The position numbers were made by a program, and so were the translations under genes. A DNA stretch of 45,677 bases from contig CACZSP010000015.1 of NCBI GenBank assembly GCA_902783905.1, forward strand, positions 1 to 45,677, in the 5' to 3' direction. Positions 27,092 through 35,468 of the stretch are shown in pieces. Origin of the DNA: an uncultured Ruminococcus sp. Its GTDB lineage: Bacteria > Bacillota > Clostridia > Oscillospirales > CAG-272. Position 1 is the first letter of the stretch. Each line of letters starts with the position of its first letter. The notes under the pieces were generated by a model. That model was not told the DNA's origin, made no database searches, and saw only the letters and a list, made by a program, of their open reading frames with translations.

Positions 27092-28048
27092 ATGGTCGAA
27101 AGCAAAAACCAGTGGAAGGCGTGGGTCTACCTTTCGCCCGCTCTCTTTCTGCTCCTCATTTTCACCGTATGGCCGATCGTTAACACCCTTCGCATGGCGT
27201 TTCTGAACGAATACGGCACGTTGAGCGAGGCGGGAGGCGCATCATTCACCTTCGGCATTCAGAACTTCATATCGGTCCTGAAGTACAAGAGATTCCTCCT
27301 CTGCCTCGGCAACACGATGCTTCTGACGGTCCTGACGGTACCGATCTCGACGCTCCTCGCGCTGATCATATCGGTCTGCCTCAACTCGATAAAAAAGCTC
27401 GGCCGGCTGCTTCAGACGATCTATTTTCTTCCCTACGTCACCAACTCGATAGCCATCGGAATGGTTTTCGCCGCCATGTTCAACATAGTCGGCAACGTGA
27501 CCAGCCCCGATCTTTCCGATCCCGCCAACATAATCGTCACGTCAGGTATAATAAACAACATTATCCAGTTCTTCGGCGGACAGCCGATAAACTGGGTCAA
27601 CGTGGGTTCCTCCTACGTCGCCAATATCGCCGTGATGGTGATCTACATAATATGGAACGCCCTTCCCTTCAAGATCCTCATTCTTCTGGGCGGACTCCAG
27701 TCGGTCAACAAGCAGTACTATGACGCCGCAAAGGTCGACGGCACCTCGCGCGTACGCACCTTCACCCGCATCACCGTACCGCTCCTCTCCCCGATGATCG
27801 CCTACGTAGTCATAACCGGATTTATCGGCGGATTCAAGGAATATTCGAGCATAATCGGTATATTCGGTGAAAACCGCGGACCGGTCGGAGAACCGAAGCG
27901 CCTCAACACCATGGTCGGATTCATCTACGACGCTCTCGAATCCGACGCCCAGGGCCGCGCCAGCGCGGCGGCGCTCATACTGTTCGTCATTATTCTCGCC
28001 GTGACGCTTCTCAACCTCTACGTGAGCAAGAAGCGCGTGCATTACTGA
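27092..28048 (+). CDS. CUT1-family ABC transporter permease (MalF/UgpA-like)
   Basis: The first ATG (27092) lies just after the upstream stop. Six TM segments and an EAA-type loop (YYDAAKVDGTSRVRTFTRITVPLL). Confidence 0.85.
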   Translation: MVESKNQWKAWVYLSPALFLLLIFTVWPIVNTLRMAFLNEYGTLSEAGGASFTFGIQNFISVLKYKRFLLCLGNTMLLTVLTVPISTLLALIISVCLNSIKKLGRLLQTIYFLPYVTNSIAIGMVFAAMFNIVGNVTSPDLSDPANIIVTSGIINNIIQFFGGQPINWVNVGSSYVANIAVMVIYIIWNALPFKILILLGGLQSVNKQYYDAAKVDGTSRVRTFTRITVPLLSPMIAYVVITGFIGGFKEYSSIIGIFGENRGPVGEPKRLNTMVGFIYDALESDAQGRASAAALILFVIILAVTLLNLYVSKKRVHY

Positions 28049-28058
28049 GAGGTGCAAA

Positions 28059-28946
28059 ATGAACAGAACAGTTACGGCAGAGACAGATATCGGCAGAAAA
28101 ACGAAAACCCAGAAGGTGTTCGGGACTCTGGTCAAGGTTGTTATATACGCTTTTCTCATCGCTGTGGCGATAAGCGTAATTTTCCCGTTCTACTGGATGG
28201 TCATTTCCTCTCTCAAGGGCCGCGCCGAGTACGAACTCAGCGTTCCGACCCTTTTCCCGAGGAAGATTCTCTTCTCGAACTACCTCGAAGCCTTTGAAAA
28301 GGGCAACCTCGGCAGGCTTTTCCTCAACACGGTGTTCGTCGGAGTCGTGTCCACCCTTCTTTCCCTCGTCATAACCGTGCTTACGGCTTTTGCCTTCGCG
28401 CGCCTTGAATTCAAGGGCAAGAATCTCCTGTTTGCCGCGTTGCTTGCCACCATGATGATACCCGGCGAGCTCTTCACCATCACCAACTATATCACCGTCA
28501 ACTCCCTCGGATGGATGAAGTCCTACAGAGTTCTCATTATTCCCTTCCTCGTCAGCGTGTTTTACATCTACCTGTTGCGCCAGAACTTCCTGCAGATACC
28601 CAACGAGCTTTATCTCGCGGCGAAGGTGGACGGCACCAGCGATATAAAATACCTCTGGAAGGTGATGATCCCGCTTTCTCTCCCGACTCTCATCTCTATC
28701 ACCATTCTGAAAATGATGGGCGCCTGGAACTCATACGTGTGGCCGCGCCTCGTCGCCAACGACGAAGCCCACAAGCTCGTCACCAACGGTCTTCGCGGCG
28801 CCAACCTCATCTACGAGGACGGCACGACGAACTTTCCCGTCCAGATGGCGGCGGTCGCCCTCGTTTCGATCCCTCTCTTCCTTGTATTCATCTTCCTGCG
28901 CAAGTACATCATGAAAGGCGTCAGCCGCAGCGGAATCAAGGGATAA
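28059..28946 (+). CDS. CUT1-family ABC transporter permease (MalG/UgpE-like)
   Basis: 295 aa. EAA loop LYLAAKVDGTSDIKYLWKVMIPLS; multiple TM segments. Confidence 0.85.
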   Translation: MNRTVTAETDIGRKTKTQKVFGTLVKVVIYAFLIAVAISVIFPFYWMVISSLKGRAEYELSVPTLFPRKILFSNYLEAFEKGNLGRLFLNTVFVGVVSTLLSLVITVLTAFAFARLEFKGKNLLFAALLATMMIPGELFTITNYITVNSLGWMKSYRVLIIPFLVSVFYIYLLRQNFLQIPNELYLAAKVDGTSDIKYLWKVMIPLSLPTLISITILKMMGAWNSYVWPRLVANDEAHKLVTNGLRGANLIYEDGTTNFPVQMAAVALVSIPLFLVFIFLRKYIMKGVSRSGIKG

Positions 28947-28981
28947 CAACGATATTAATTCAAAACGGAAGGAATACCGAC

Positions 28982-30400
28982 ATGAAAAAAATCAGGACTG
29001 CATCGCTTCTTCTGGCAGCCGTAATTCTGCTTCTCTCCTTTACCGGATGCGGCGGATCAAAAGCTCTCCCGAACTTCGACGTTCCCGAAGGCGGATACGA
29101 CGGAAGCGAAGTAACGATCAAATTCTACCACACCATGGGCTCCAACCTTCACGACGTCCTCATGATCTACATCGAGGAATTCAACAAGCTCTATCCTCAG
29201 ATCCACATCGAGGAGGAGCAGGTCGGCGGATACGATGACGTCCGCGACCAGATAAGCAAAGAGATCTCGGTAAAGGGACAGCCCAACATCGCGTACTGCT
29301 ATCCCGACCACGTCGCTCTTTACAACATAGCCAAGGTCGTCGCGACGCTTGACAACCTCATTGACAGCAAACTCGAGGTCACCCGCGCCGACGGAACGAC
29401 CGAGATACTCGGTCTTACCGACGAGCAGAAAGCCGATTTCATCGAGGGCTACTACAAAGAGGGACAGCAGTTCGGAGACGGACTTATGTACACCATGCCC
29501 TTCTCGAAATCGACCGAGGTCCTTTACTACAACAAGACCTTCTTCGATGCCAACAACATCCGGGTTCCCACGACCTGGGACGAACTCGAGCAAGTCTGCG
29601 CGAAGATAAAGGAAATCGATCCCAAATCCATCCCGCTCGGATACGACAGCGAAGCTAACTGGTTCATCACGATGTGCGAACAGTACGGCTCTCCCTACAC
29701 CAGCGCGACCGGCCGGAAATATCTCTTCGACAACCAGACCAACCGCGATTTCGTCAAAAAATTCCGCGAGTGGTACAAGAAGGGTTATCTGACGACCCAG
29801 AGCATTTTCGGAGCGTACACCTCCGGTCTGTTCACCGCCACCGACGCCGACGCCGTCAAGAGCTATATGTCGATCGGCTCCTCCGCCGGCGCGACCCATC
29901 AGCGTCCCACCAAGGGCAGCGACGACAAGTACCCCTTCGAGGTAGGCATCGCGACTATACCTCAGGTCGACACGTCCAACCCGAAGGTCATCTCCCAGGG
30001 ACCGTCGGTCTGCATATTCAAGAAGGACAACCCGCAGGAGGTCCTGGCTTCCTGGCTCTTCGTCAAGTTCCTGACGACAAGCGTTGAGTTCCAGGCCGAG
30101 TTCTCAATCGCCTCCGGATACGTTCCCGTCATCAAATCGGTTTCCGAGAACGAGGTTTACAAGGAATTCCTCGCCAAGGCCGACGGCGGCGACTTCGTAT
30201 CCGCTCTTTCGGCAAAGATCTGTCTCGAGCAGGAAAAGGCCTACTACACCTCTCCCGCCTTTAACGGATCTTCCACCGCCCGCAGCCAGGTCGGCGATCT
30301 TATGGCAAAGGTACTTACCGCCGACGACGGCGGAAACGTCGACAATATGATTGCGAAGGCGTTTGCCGACGCAATCGACGAATGCGAGTACAACGGATAA
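28982..30400 (+). CDS. ABC transporter extracellular solute-binding lipoprotein (family 1)
   Basis: The internal ATG at 28982 gives MKKIRTASLLLAAVILLLSFTGC-GG (lipobox). Size and composition are typical of a CUT1 solute-binding protein. The upstream part of the tracked ORF overlaps the permease out of frame. Confidence 0.85.
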   Translation: MKKIRTASLLLAAVILLLSFTGCGGSKALPNFDVPEGGYDGSEVTIKFYHTMGSNLHDVLMIYIEEFNKLYPQIHIEEEQVGGYDDVRDQISKEISVKGQPNIAYCYPDHVALYNIAKVVATLDNLIDSKLEVTRADGTTEILGLTDEQKADFIEGYYKEGQQFGDGLMYTMPFSKSTEVLYYNKTFFDANNIRVPTTWDELEQVCAKIKEIDPKSIPLGYDSEANWFITMCEQYGSPYTSATGRKYLFDNQTNRDFVKKFREWYKKGYLTTQSIFGAYTSGLFTATDADAVKSYMSIGSSAGATHQRPTKGSDDKYPFEVGIATIPQVDTSNPKVISQGPSVCIFKKDNPQEVLASWLFVKFLTTSVEFQAEFSIASGYVPVIKSVSENEVYKEFLAKADGGDFVSALSAKICLEQEKAYYTSPAFNGSSTARSQVGDLMAKVLTADDGGNVDNMIAKAFADAIDECEYNG

Positions 30401-30416
30401 ACTCCGCGGAAAACGA

Positions 30417-31760
30417 ATGAAAAAGCGTTTACTGATTTTAACTGCGGCTCTTCTCGCCCTCGTTCTCATCCTCGTCTCCTGCCAGCGCGGGAGCGGGGAC
30501 GGGACGGACAGCGGCTCGGGCCAGTCCGGCGACGCCGTCGACTACGCCGCGAGCGTCACACTCGATCCGGGATCGGGCACCCTGCGCGCCGAAGTCACGG
30601 TAAAAACTTACGTCGACGGCGACACGACGCATTTCAACATTCCCGAAAACGTATACGAGACCGGACTGCTCAAGGCGAGATATATTGCCGTCAACACCCC
30701 CGAATCGACCGGAAAAGTCGAGGAATGGGGCAAGAAGGCGTCGAATTTCACCAAAGAGAAGCTGTCCGGCGCCGAATCGATAGTCGTCGAATCGGATACG
30801 GCAAACTGGGACATCGACTCGACGGGCACCCGCTGCCTCGTATGGGTCTGGTATAAGCCCGCCGGCGGCGACGCCTACCGCAACCTCAATATCGAGCTTC
30901 TTCAGAACGGGCTTGCCATCGCCTCCTCCTCGGCCAACAACCGCTACGGAAGCGTCTGCATGCAGGCGATCGATCAGGCGAAGGCGCAGAAGCTCAACAT
31001 CTATTCCGGACAGAAGGATCCCGACTTCTATTACGGAGACGCGCGCGAGATAACTCTCGCCGAGCTGCGTATAAACACCGAGGCGTACAACGCACAGAAG
31101 GTCGCTTTCGAGGGAGTCGTCGTTCTCAACAACAACAACGGCGTCTACGTCGAGGAGTTCGATCCCGAAAACGGACTGTACAACGGCATTTACGTCTACT
31201 ACGGCTTCGGCCTCTCGGGAGAAGGGCTTCAGATACTGTCGGTCGGCAACCGCGTTCGCATCGTCGGCACCGTTCAGTATTACGAGGCAGGCGGGACCTG
31301 GCAGGTTTCCGGTCTTACCTACCGTCAGATGAAGCCGAACGACCCGGGCAACATACAGAAGCTCGGCGAGGGCTTCAACGGCGCTTTCGTTGAGATCGAT
31401 CCGGCGCAGTTCGCCTCCGGCAAGGTGACCGTCACCGTCGGAGAGGACGAAAAGAAGGAATTCGACTATGCGGCTCTCATCCTCAACTCGAGCGTGTCGG
31501 CAAAATCGCTTAAGGTAAAGTCGATCTACACGACCAACAACGAGACGAGCTCGTCCAACGGAGCGATGACGCTCACCTGCGAAGCGCCGGACGGAACGAA
31601 GATCCCGGTCCGCACCGTCGTTCTTTACGACGCCGACAACCGCATCATCACAGCCGACAGATACGAAGGAAAAACGATCGACGTCCGCGGGATAGTCGAT
31701 TACTACAGCGGAGACTACCAGATCAAGGTCTTCTCCGACAGCGACATAACAATTCACTGA
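30417..31760 (+). CDS. Staphylococcal-nuclease (thermonuclease) family lipoprotein with a C-terminal OB-fold-like domain
   Basis: The ATG at 30417 gives MKKRLLILTAALLALVLILVSC-Q (lipobox). It aligns by eye to SNase: VDGDTTHF (DGDT), KARYIAVNTPES (RLLLVDTPE), GTRCLVWVW (YGRGLAYIY), NIELLQNGLAIA (NEALVRQGLAKV), AKAQKLNIYS (AKKEKLNIWS). Confidence 0.75.
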   Translation: MKKRLLILTAALLALVLILVSCQRGSGDGTDSGSGQSGDAVDYAASVTLDPGSGTLRAEVTVKTYVDGDTTHFNIPENVYETGLLKARYIAVNTPESTGKVEEWGKKASNFTKEKLSGAESIVVESDTANWDIDSTGTRCLVWVWYKPAGGDAYRNLNIELLQNGLAIASSSANNRYGSVCMQAIDQAKAQKLNIYSGQKDPDFYYGDAREITLAELRINTEAYNAQKVAFEGVVVLNNNNGVYVEEFDPENGLYNGIYVYYGFGLSGEGLQILSVGNRVRIVGTVQYYEAGGTWQVSGLTYRQMKPNDPGNIQKLGEGFNGAFVEIDPAQFASGKVTVTVGEDEKKEFDYAALILNSSVSAKSLKVKSIYTTNNETSSSNGAMTLTCEAPDGTKIPVRTVVLYDADNRIITADRYEGKTIDVRGIVDYYSGDYQIKVFSDSDITIH

Positions 31761-31775
31761 AGAGGTAGAAAAGCA

Positions 31776-34037
31776 ATGAAAAAATTCCTCGCGTTACTTT
31801 TATCGGTAATGCTCGTGCTCGGCGCTCTTGCCGCCTGCAACAATCAGGAACAGCCCGACAACGAAAAGGACGGACTGACGCTCGCGAAGGACATGGTCCG
31901 CGCGATGTACAAGGACGCCCCCGAAGCGACCGCGTCGGATTATCAGGTGATCGCGTCGACAAATATCGACAACGTTAAATACGACATCACTTGGTCGGTC
32001 GACGTTGCGTCGGGAGTCACAGTCGGAACGACCGTGACCGACAACCAGATCACCGTCGACGTCGATGAAAAGACCGAGACCGAGATCGTTTACGTCCTGA
32101 AGGCAACGATAACCGGACCGGACGGAAAGACCGCGGAAACCACCTTCAACCACAAGGTCCCGGCGTTCCGCGAGCTGTCGTGGCAGGAATACGTCGACGC
32201 TCCCGCCAAATCCACGGTGGTCGTCAAGGGCGTTATCACCGGCATCATGGCAAAATCGAAGGGCAACTCCTACAACTGCATTTATCTGCAGGACAAGGAC
32301 GGCGGATATTACGTTTACGGTATGGCCACCGACCCCGTGACCGACGACAAGCTTGAAGTCGGAATGGAGATCCGCGTCACCGGAGCCCGCGACACCTACA
32401 GCGGCACCTACGAGATCGCACAGGGCACCGCCGTCGTCGAGATAATCAACTCCGAAAAGACCGCCGTCACCCCCGCCGACTACACCGAAGCGTTCAAGAA
32501 CGCGAAGGATCTTAAAGACAAGTCCCTTGTCGAAAAACAGGCGCTTCTCGTGACGATCAAGGGCGTCGAGATCGTAAAGCAGACCGAATCCGACGCCAAG
32601 AGAGGTTACTTCAGGTTCAAGCTCGGCGAAAACACGAGCTACATCCGCATCTCCTCTTCCGTCTGCCCGCTCACCAAGGACGAACAGACCGCCTTCAAGA
32701 GCGAATTCGAATCCCACACCGGCTGGATAGCCGACGCGACCGGCGTCATCTGCGTTTACGACGGCGCCTTCTATCTGACCCCCGTCACGGCCGACGCCTT
32801 CAGATACGTAAGTCTGCCCGAAAAATCGGACGCCGAAATGGTCGCCTATGAAAAGGAAAATCTCACAATTCCCGCCAACGTGACCGAGGATTCCGAGATC
32901 GATCTGCCGGCGACCGGCGGCACATATTCCAAGGTCGCCGTCACCTGGACGTCCGACAAGGATTGCGCCAAGGTCGACGGAGGCAAGCTCAAGGTCACCC
33001 TCCCCGAGGAGGAGACAAAGGTCAAGCTCACCGCCGAGCTCAAGTGCGGAAGCGTGACCGAGACCCGTGAATTCGAGATCACCGTCGACGCCGCCGCGAA
33101 AGCAAACTACAAGACGACCGTCGTCGACGCTCCCGAGCCCGGCAAGTCATACAAGTTCGCCATGGATCAGAACAAGCTCGGCAAGACGCTCTACTTCACC
33201 GGCGAGATGGACGGCAACTACCTTGCGACCTCCGACAAGGCCGAAAAAGCGGTGGATCTGACCGTCGAGCAGGTCGAGGGCGGCTACCGCGCCTACTTCG
33301 TAAAAGACGGCAAGAAGATCTATATCGATATCTACGAGTACACCCAGGGCAAGGTAGGCGTTCAGCTGACCGAAACTCCGACCTGCGTCTTCAACTGGAA
33401 CGAGGCTCTGGCGATCCCGACCGTTTCTCTCATAGGCAACACCTATTATCTCGGCGCCTATAAGGAATTCGCGACTATGAGCGTATCGCTCATCAAGTAT
33501 CTGACCGACGATCCGACAGCCGTCGGCGTCTCCCAGTTCCCCTCTCACCTTGTGACCGTTGAAGAAGTGGTCCTCAAGGCCGAGGCAGTCACTTCTCCCG
33601 AAGTCGGCAAATCCTACAAGTTTGCCATAGAACAGGCAAAGCTCGGCAAGACCCTCTACTTCACCGGCGAGATGGACGGCAACTACCTCGCGACCTCCGA
33701 CAAGCCCGAAAAGGGCGTCGATCTGACGCTCGAGCAGGTCGAGGGCGGCTACCGCGCCTACTTTGAAAAGGACGGCAAAAAGACCTACGTCGACATTTAC
33801 GAGTACACGTCCGGCAAAGCAGGAGTCCGTCTGACCGATACTCCGACCGCCGTCTACGTCTGGAACGCGGCGCTTTCGATACCCACGGCGGAAGTCGCGG
33901 GCGGAACGTATTACCTTGGCTCCTACAAGGAGTTCGCGACGATGAGCGCGTCTCTCATCAAATACCTGACCGACGACCCGAGCGCCGTCGGCGTCTCCCA
34001 GTTCCCGTCGCACCTCGTCGTGCTTGCGGAAGGATAA
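31776..34037 (+). CDS. Large multidomain lipoprotein: OB-fold-like domain, Ig-like domain and two tandem 138-aa repeats
   Basis: 753 aa. Lipobox LGALAAC-N. The segment VVVKGVITGIMAKSKGNSYNCIYLQDKDGGYYVYG...MEIRVTGARDTYSGTYEIA parallels the nuclease C-terminal domain. An Ig-like module is present (IDLPATGGTYSKVAVTWTSDKD...KVKLTAELKCGSVTETREFEITV). Confidence 0.7.
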   Translation: MKKFLALLLSVMLVLGALAACNNQEQPDNEKDGLTLAKDMVRAMYKDAPEATASDYQVIASTNIDNVKYDITWSVDVASGVTVGTTVTDNQITVDVDEKTETEIVYVLKATITGPDGKTAETTFNHKVPAFRELSWQEYVDAPAKSTVVVKGVITGIMAKSKGNSYNCIYLQDKDGGYYVYGMATDPVTDDKLEVGMEIRVTGARDTYSGTYEIAQGTAVVEIINSEKTAVTPADYTEAFKNAKDLKDKSLVEKQALLVTIKGVEIVKQTESDAKRGYFRFKLGENTSYIRISSSVCPLTKDEQTAFKSEFESHTGWIADATGVICVYDGAFYLTPVTADAFRYVSLPEKSDAEMVAYEKENLTIPANVTEDSEIDLPATGGTYSKVAVTWTSDKDCAKVDGGKLKVTLPEEETKVKLTAELKCGSVTETREFEITVDAAAKANYKTTVVDAPEPGKSYKFAMDQNKLGKTLYFTGEMDGNYLATSDKAEKAVDLTVEQVEGGYRAYFVKDGKKIYIDIYEYTQGKVGVQLTETPTCVFNWNEALAIPTVSLIGNTYYLGAYKEFATMSVSLIKYLTDDPTAVGVSQFPSHLVTVEEVVLKAEAVTSPEVGKSYKFAIEQAKLGKTLYFTGEMDGNYLATSDKPEKGVDLTLEQVEGGYRAYFEKDGKKTYVDIYEYTSGKAGVRLTDTPTAVYVWNAALSIPTAEVAGGTYYLGSYKEFATMSASLIKYLTDDPSAVGVSQFPSHLVVLAEG
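33141..34019 (+). repeat. In-frame tandem duplication (2 x 414 nt, period 465 nt) inside the 753-aa lipoprotein gene
   Basis: Copy 1 is 33141-33554 and copy 2 is 33606-34019. Both run from GKSYKFA... to ...VSQFPSHLV. 112/138 aa are identical by my manual alignment. Confidence 0.9.
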
Positions 34038-34070
34038 CGAGTAAAACACTGTAACAAAACAATTGATCTC

Positions 34071-34140
34071 GGGGCTGTTTAAAAAGTCAACTTTTTAAAC
34101 AGCCCCGCAAATTCGGCGGGCGGGATTCCGCCGAATTTGC
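34071..34140. terminator. Two adjacent GC-rich hairpins ending the (+) operon
   Basis: Hairpin 1 is GGGGCTGTTTAAAAAG / CTTTTTAAACAGCCCC (34071-34106). Hairpin 2 is GCAAATTCGGCGG / CCGCCGAATTTGC (34107-34140). U-tracts are poor or distant. Confidence 0.5.
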
Positions 34141-34228
34141 GCGAGAATTTCGGTTTTTGCCGGAAAACATAAGATAATCCAGCATAAATGAGCAAAAACT
34201 GCGCTGTCTCGCGCCGAGAAAAAGTCGA

Positions 34229-34272
34229 CGGGGGATGTAAAAAACTCGTGACCCGAGTTTTTTAACATCCCC
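34229..34272 (-). terminator. Terminator of the nadE...permease operon
   Basis: Minus strand reads GGGGGATGTTAAAAAACTCG / CGAGTTTTTTACATCCCCC (one bulged A), followed after 6 nt by TTTTT. Confidence 0.55.
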
Positions 34273-34309
34273 CTACTGTTGTTTCAGATATTCTGTTGTT
34301 TCACGTCAG

Positions 34310-35452
34310 CTATCCGATCTTAACGAGCAGATACGCCGCGGCGCCGAGAACGAAAAGGAAGACGGCGTTGAGCAGCGTGAAGACTTTCATATATCTTCCT
34401 CCCTGTCCCGGATAGAGAAGCTTGAATTCGCTGTAGGTTATAATGCTCGCCAGCGACGCGATAAGCGTCCCGGTCCCTCCGATATTGACGCCGTAAAGCA
34501 ATTCCCGGTAATTGTCGGTAAAGCGCGAAAGGAGGACGGCTGTCGGCACGTTGCTTATGAACTGGCAGGACGCGAGCGACGGCAGAAGCACTCCGCCCGA
34601 CAGAAGTTTTTCCATCACCGTCTTAACGCCTTCGGTCCTCGCGAGATTCCCCGAGAATATAAAAAAGAAGAAAAAAGTGAAAAGCAGCGGGTAGTCGACC
34701 GAAAGGAGGGCGCGTCTGTCGGCGACGATTATCCCGACCGTCACTACGGCGAGAGCGATCCGGTAGTCGATCAGACGGAAAACGCAAAGGACCGAAACGG
34801 CAAAAAGGCAGAGAAGAAAAACCGTTTTCTTCACCTTCAGCCGGTCGGCAAGGTCTTCGGTAAGCAGGATCTTTTCCGGCTTCAGGAAAAAGCAGCAGCC
34901 GACGAGCATTGCGACGGCAAGCAGGAAAAGCGGGAGCATTATCAGGGTGAACTCGCCGGCGGGGATATTGAATTTCGTGTAGATATAAAGGTTCTGCGGG
35001 TTGCCGAAGGGAGTCAGCATCCCGCCGAGGTTTGCCGAAATATTCTGCAGAACGAAAACGAAGGCGCTGTATTTTTCCTTTTTCGCGACCGAGAGAGCGT
35101 AATATCCGATCGGAAGGAAGGTGATCAGCGCCATGTCGTTGGCAAGCACCATCGAGCCGAGGAAGGTCATTACGACGAGCACTATCGCCAGCACCCGCAG
35201 ATTTCCCGTCAGGTTGACGGTCTTACGGGCGATTATGGTGAAGAATTTGACGTTGCGCAGGGCGCAGACGACCGCAAGCGTGATGAAAAGGCAGGAAAGC
35301 GTTTTCCAGTCGAAATAGCCGAGATATTCCCGGTCGGGAGGAACGAAAAAGCAGGTAACGAGCGCCGCGGCCGCCGCTATGCAGACGACCGCGTGATTTT
35401 TTACAAAAAACTTCAGTCTGTGACCGAGACCGATTTTTTCTTTTGAAGACAT
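34310..35452 (-). CDS. ArsB/NhaD/citrate-transporter-superfamily anion permease (YbiR-like)
   Basis: 380 aa, about 10 hydrophobic segments. The N-terminal pattern FFVPPDREYLGYFDWKTLSCLFITLAVV resembles YbiR-type permeases. The call rests on general resemblance only. Confidence 0.55.
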   Translation of the reverse strand: MSSKEKIGLGHRLKFFVKNHAVVCIAAAAALVTCFFVPPDREYLGYFDWKTLSCLFITLAVVCALRNVKFFTIIARKTVNLTGNLRVLAIVLVVMTFLGSMVLANDMALITFLPIGYYALSVAKKEKYSAFVFVLQNISANLGGMLTPFGNPQNLYIYTKFNIPAGEFTLIMLPLFLLAVAMLVGCCFFLKPEKILLTEDLADRLKVKKTVFLLCLFAVSVLCVFRLIDYRIALAVVTVGIIVADRRALLSVDYPLLFTFFFFFIFSGNLARTEGVKTVMEKLLSGGVLLPSLASCQFISNVPTAVLLSRFTDNYRELLYGVNIGGTGTLIASLASIITYSEFKLLYPGQGGRYMKVFTLLNAVFLFVLGAAAYLLVKIG

Positions 35453-35468
35453 TCAGCGCTTCCTTCTG

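Noticed and set aside
34275-34302. 11-nt direct repeat CTGTTGTTTCA twice (34275-34285 and 34292-34302), just downstream of the permease stop.
   Set aside because: It is short, lies between a stop codon and a terminator, and no function can be argued from the sequence. It could be chance or slippage.
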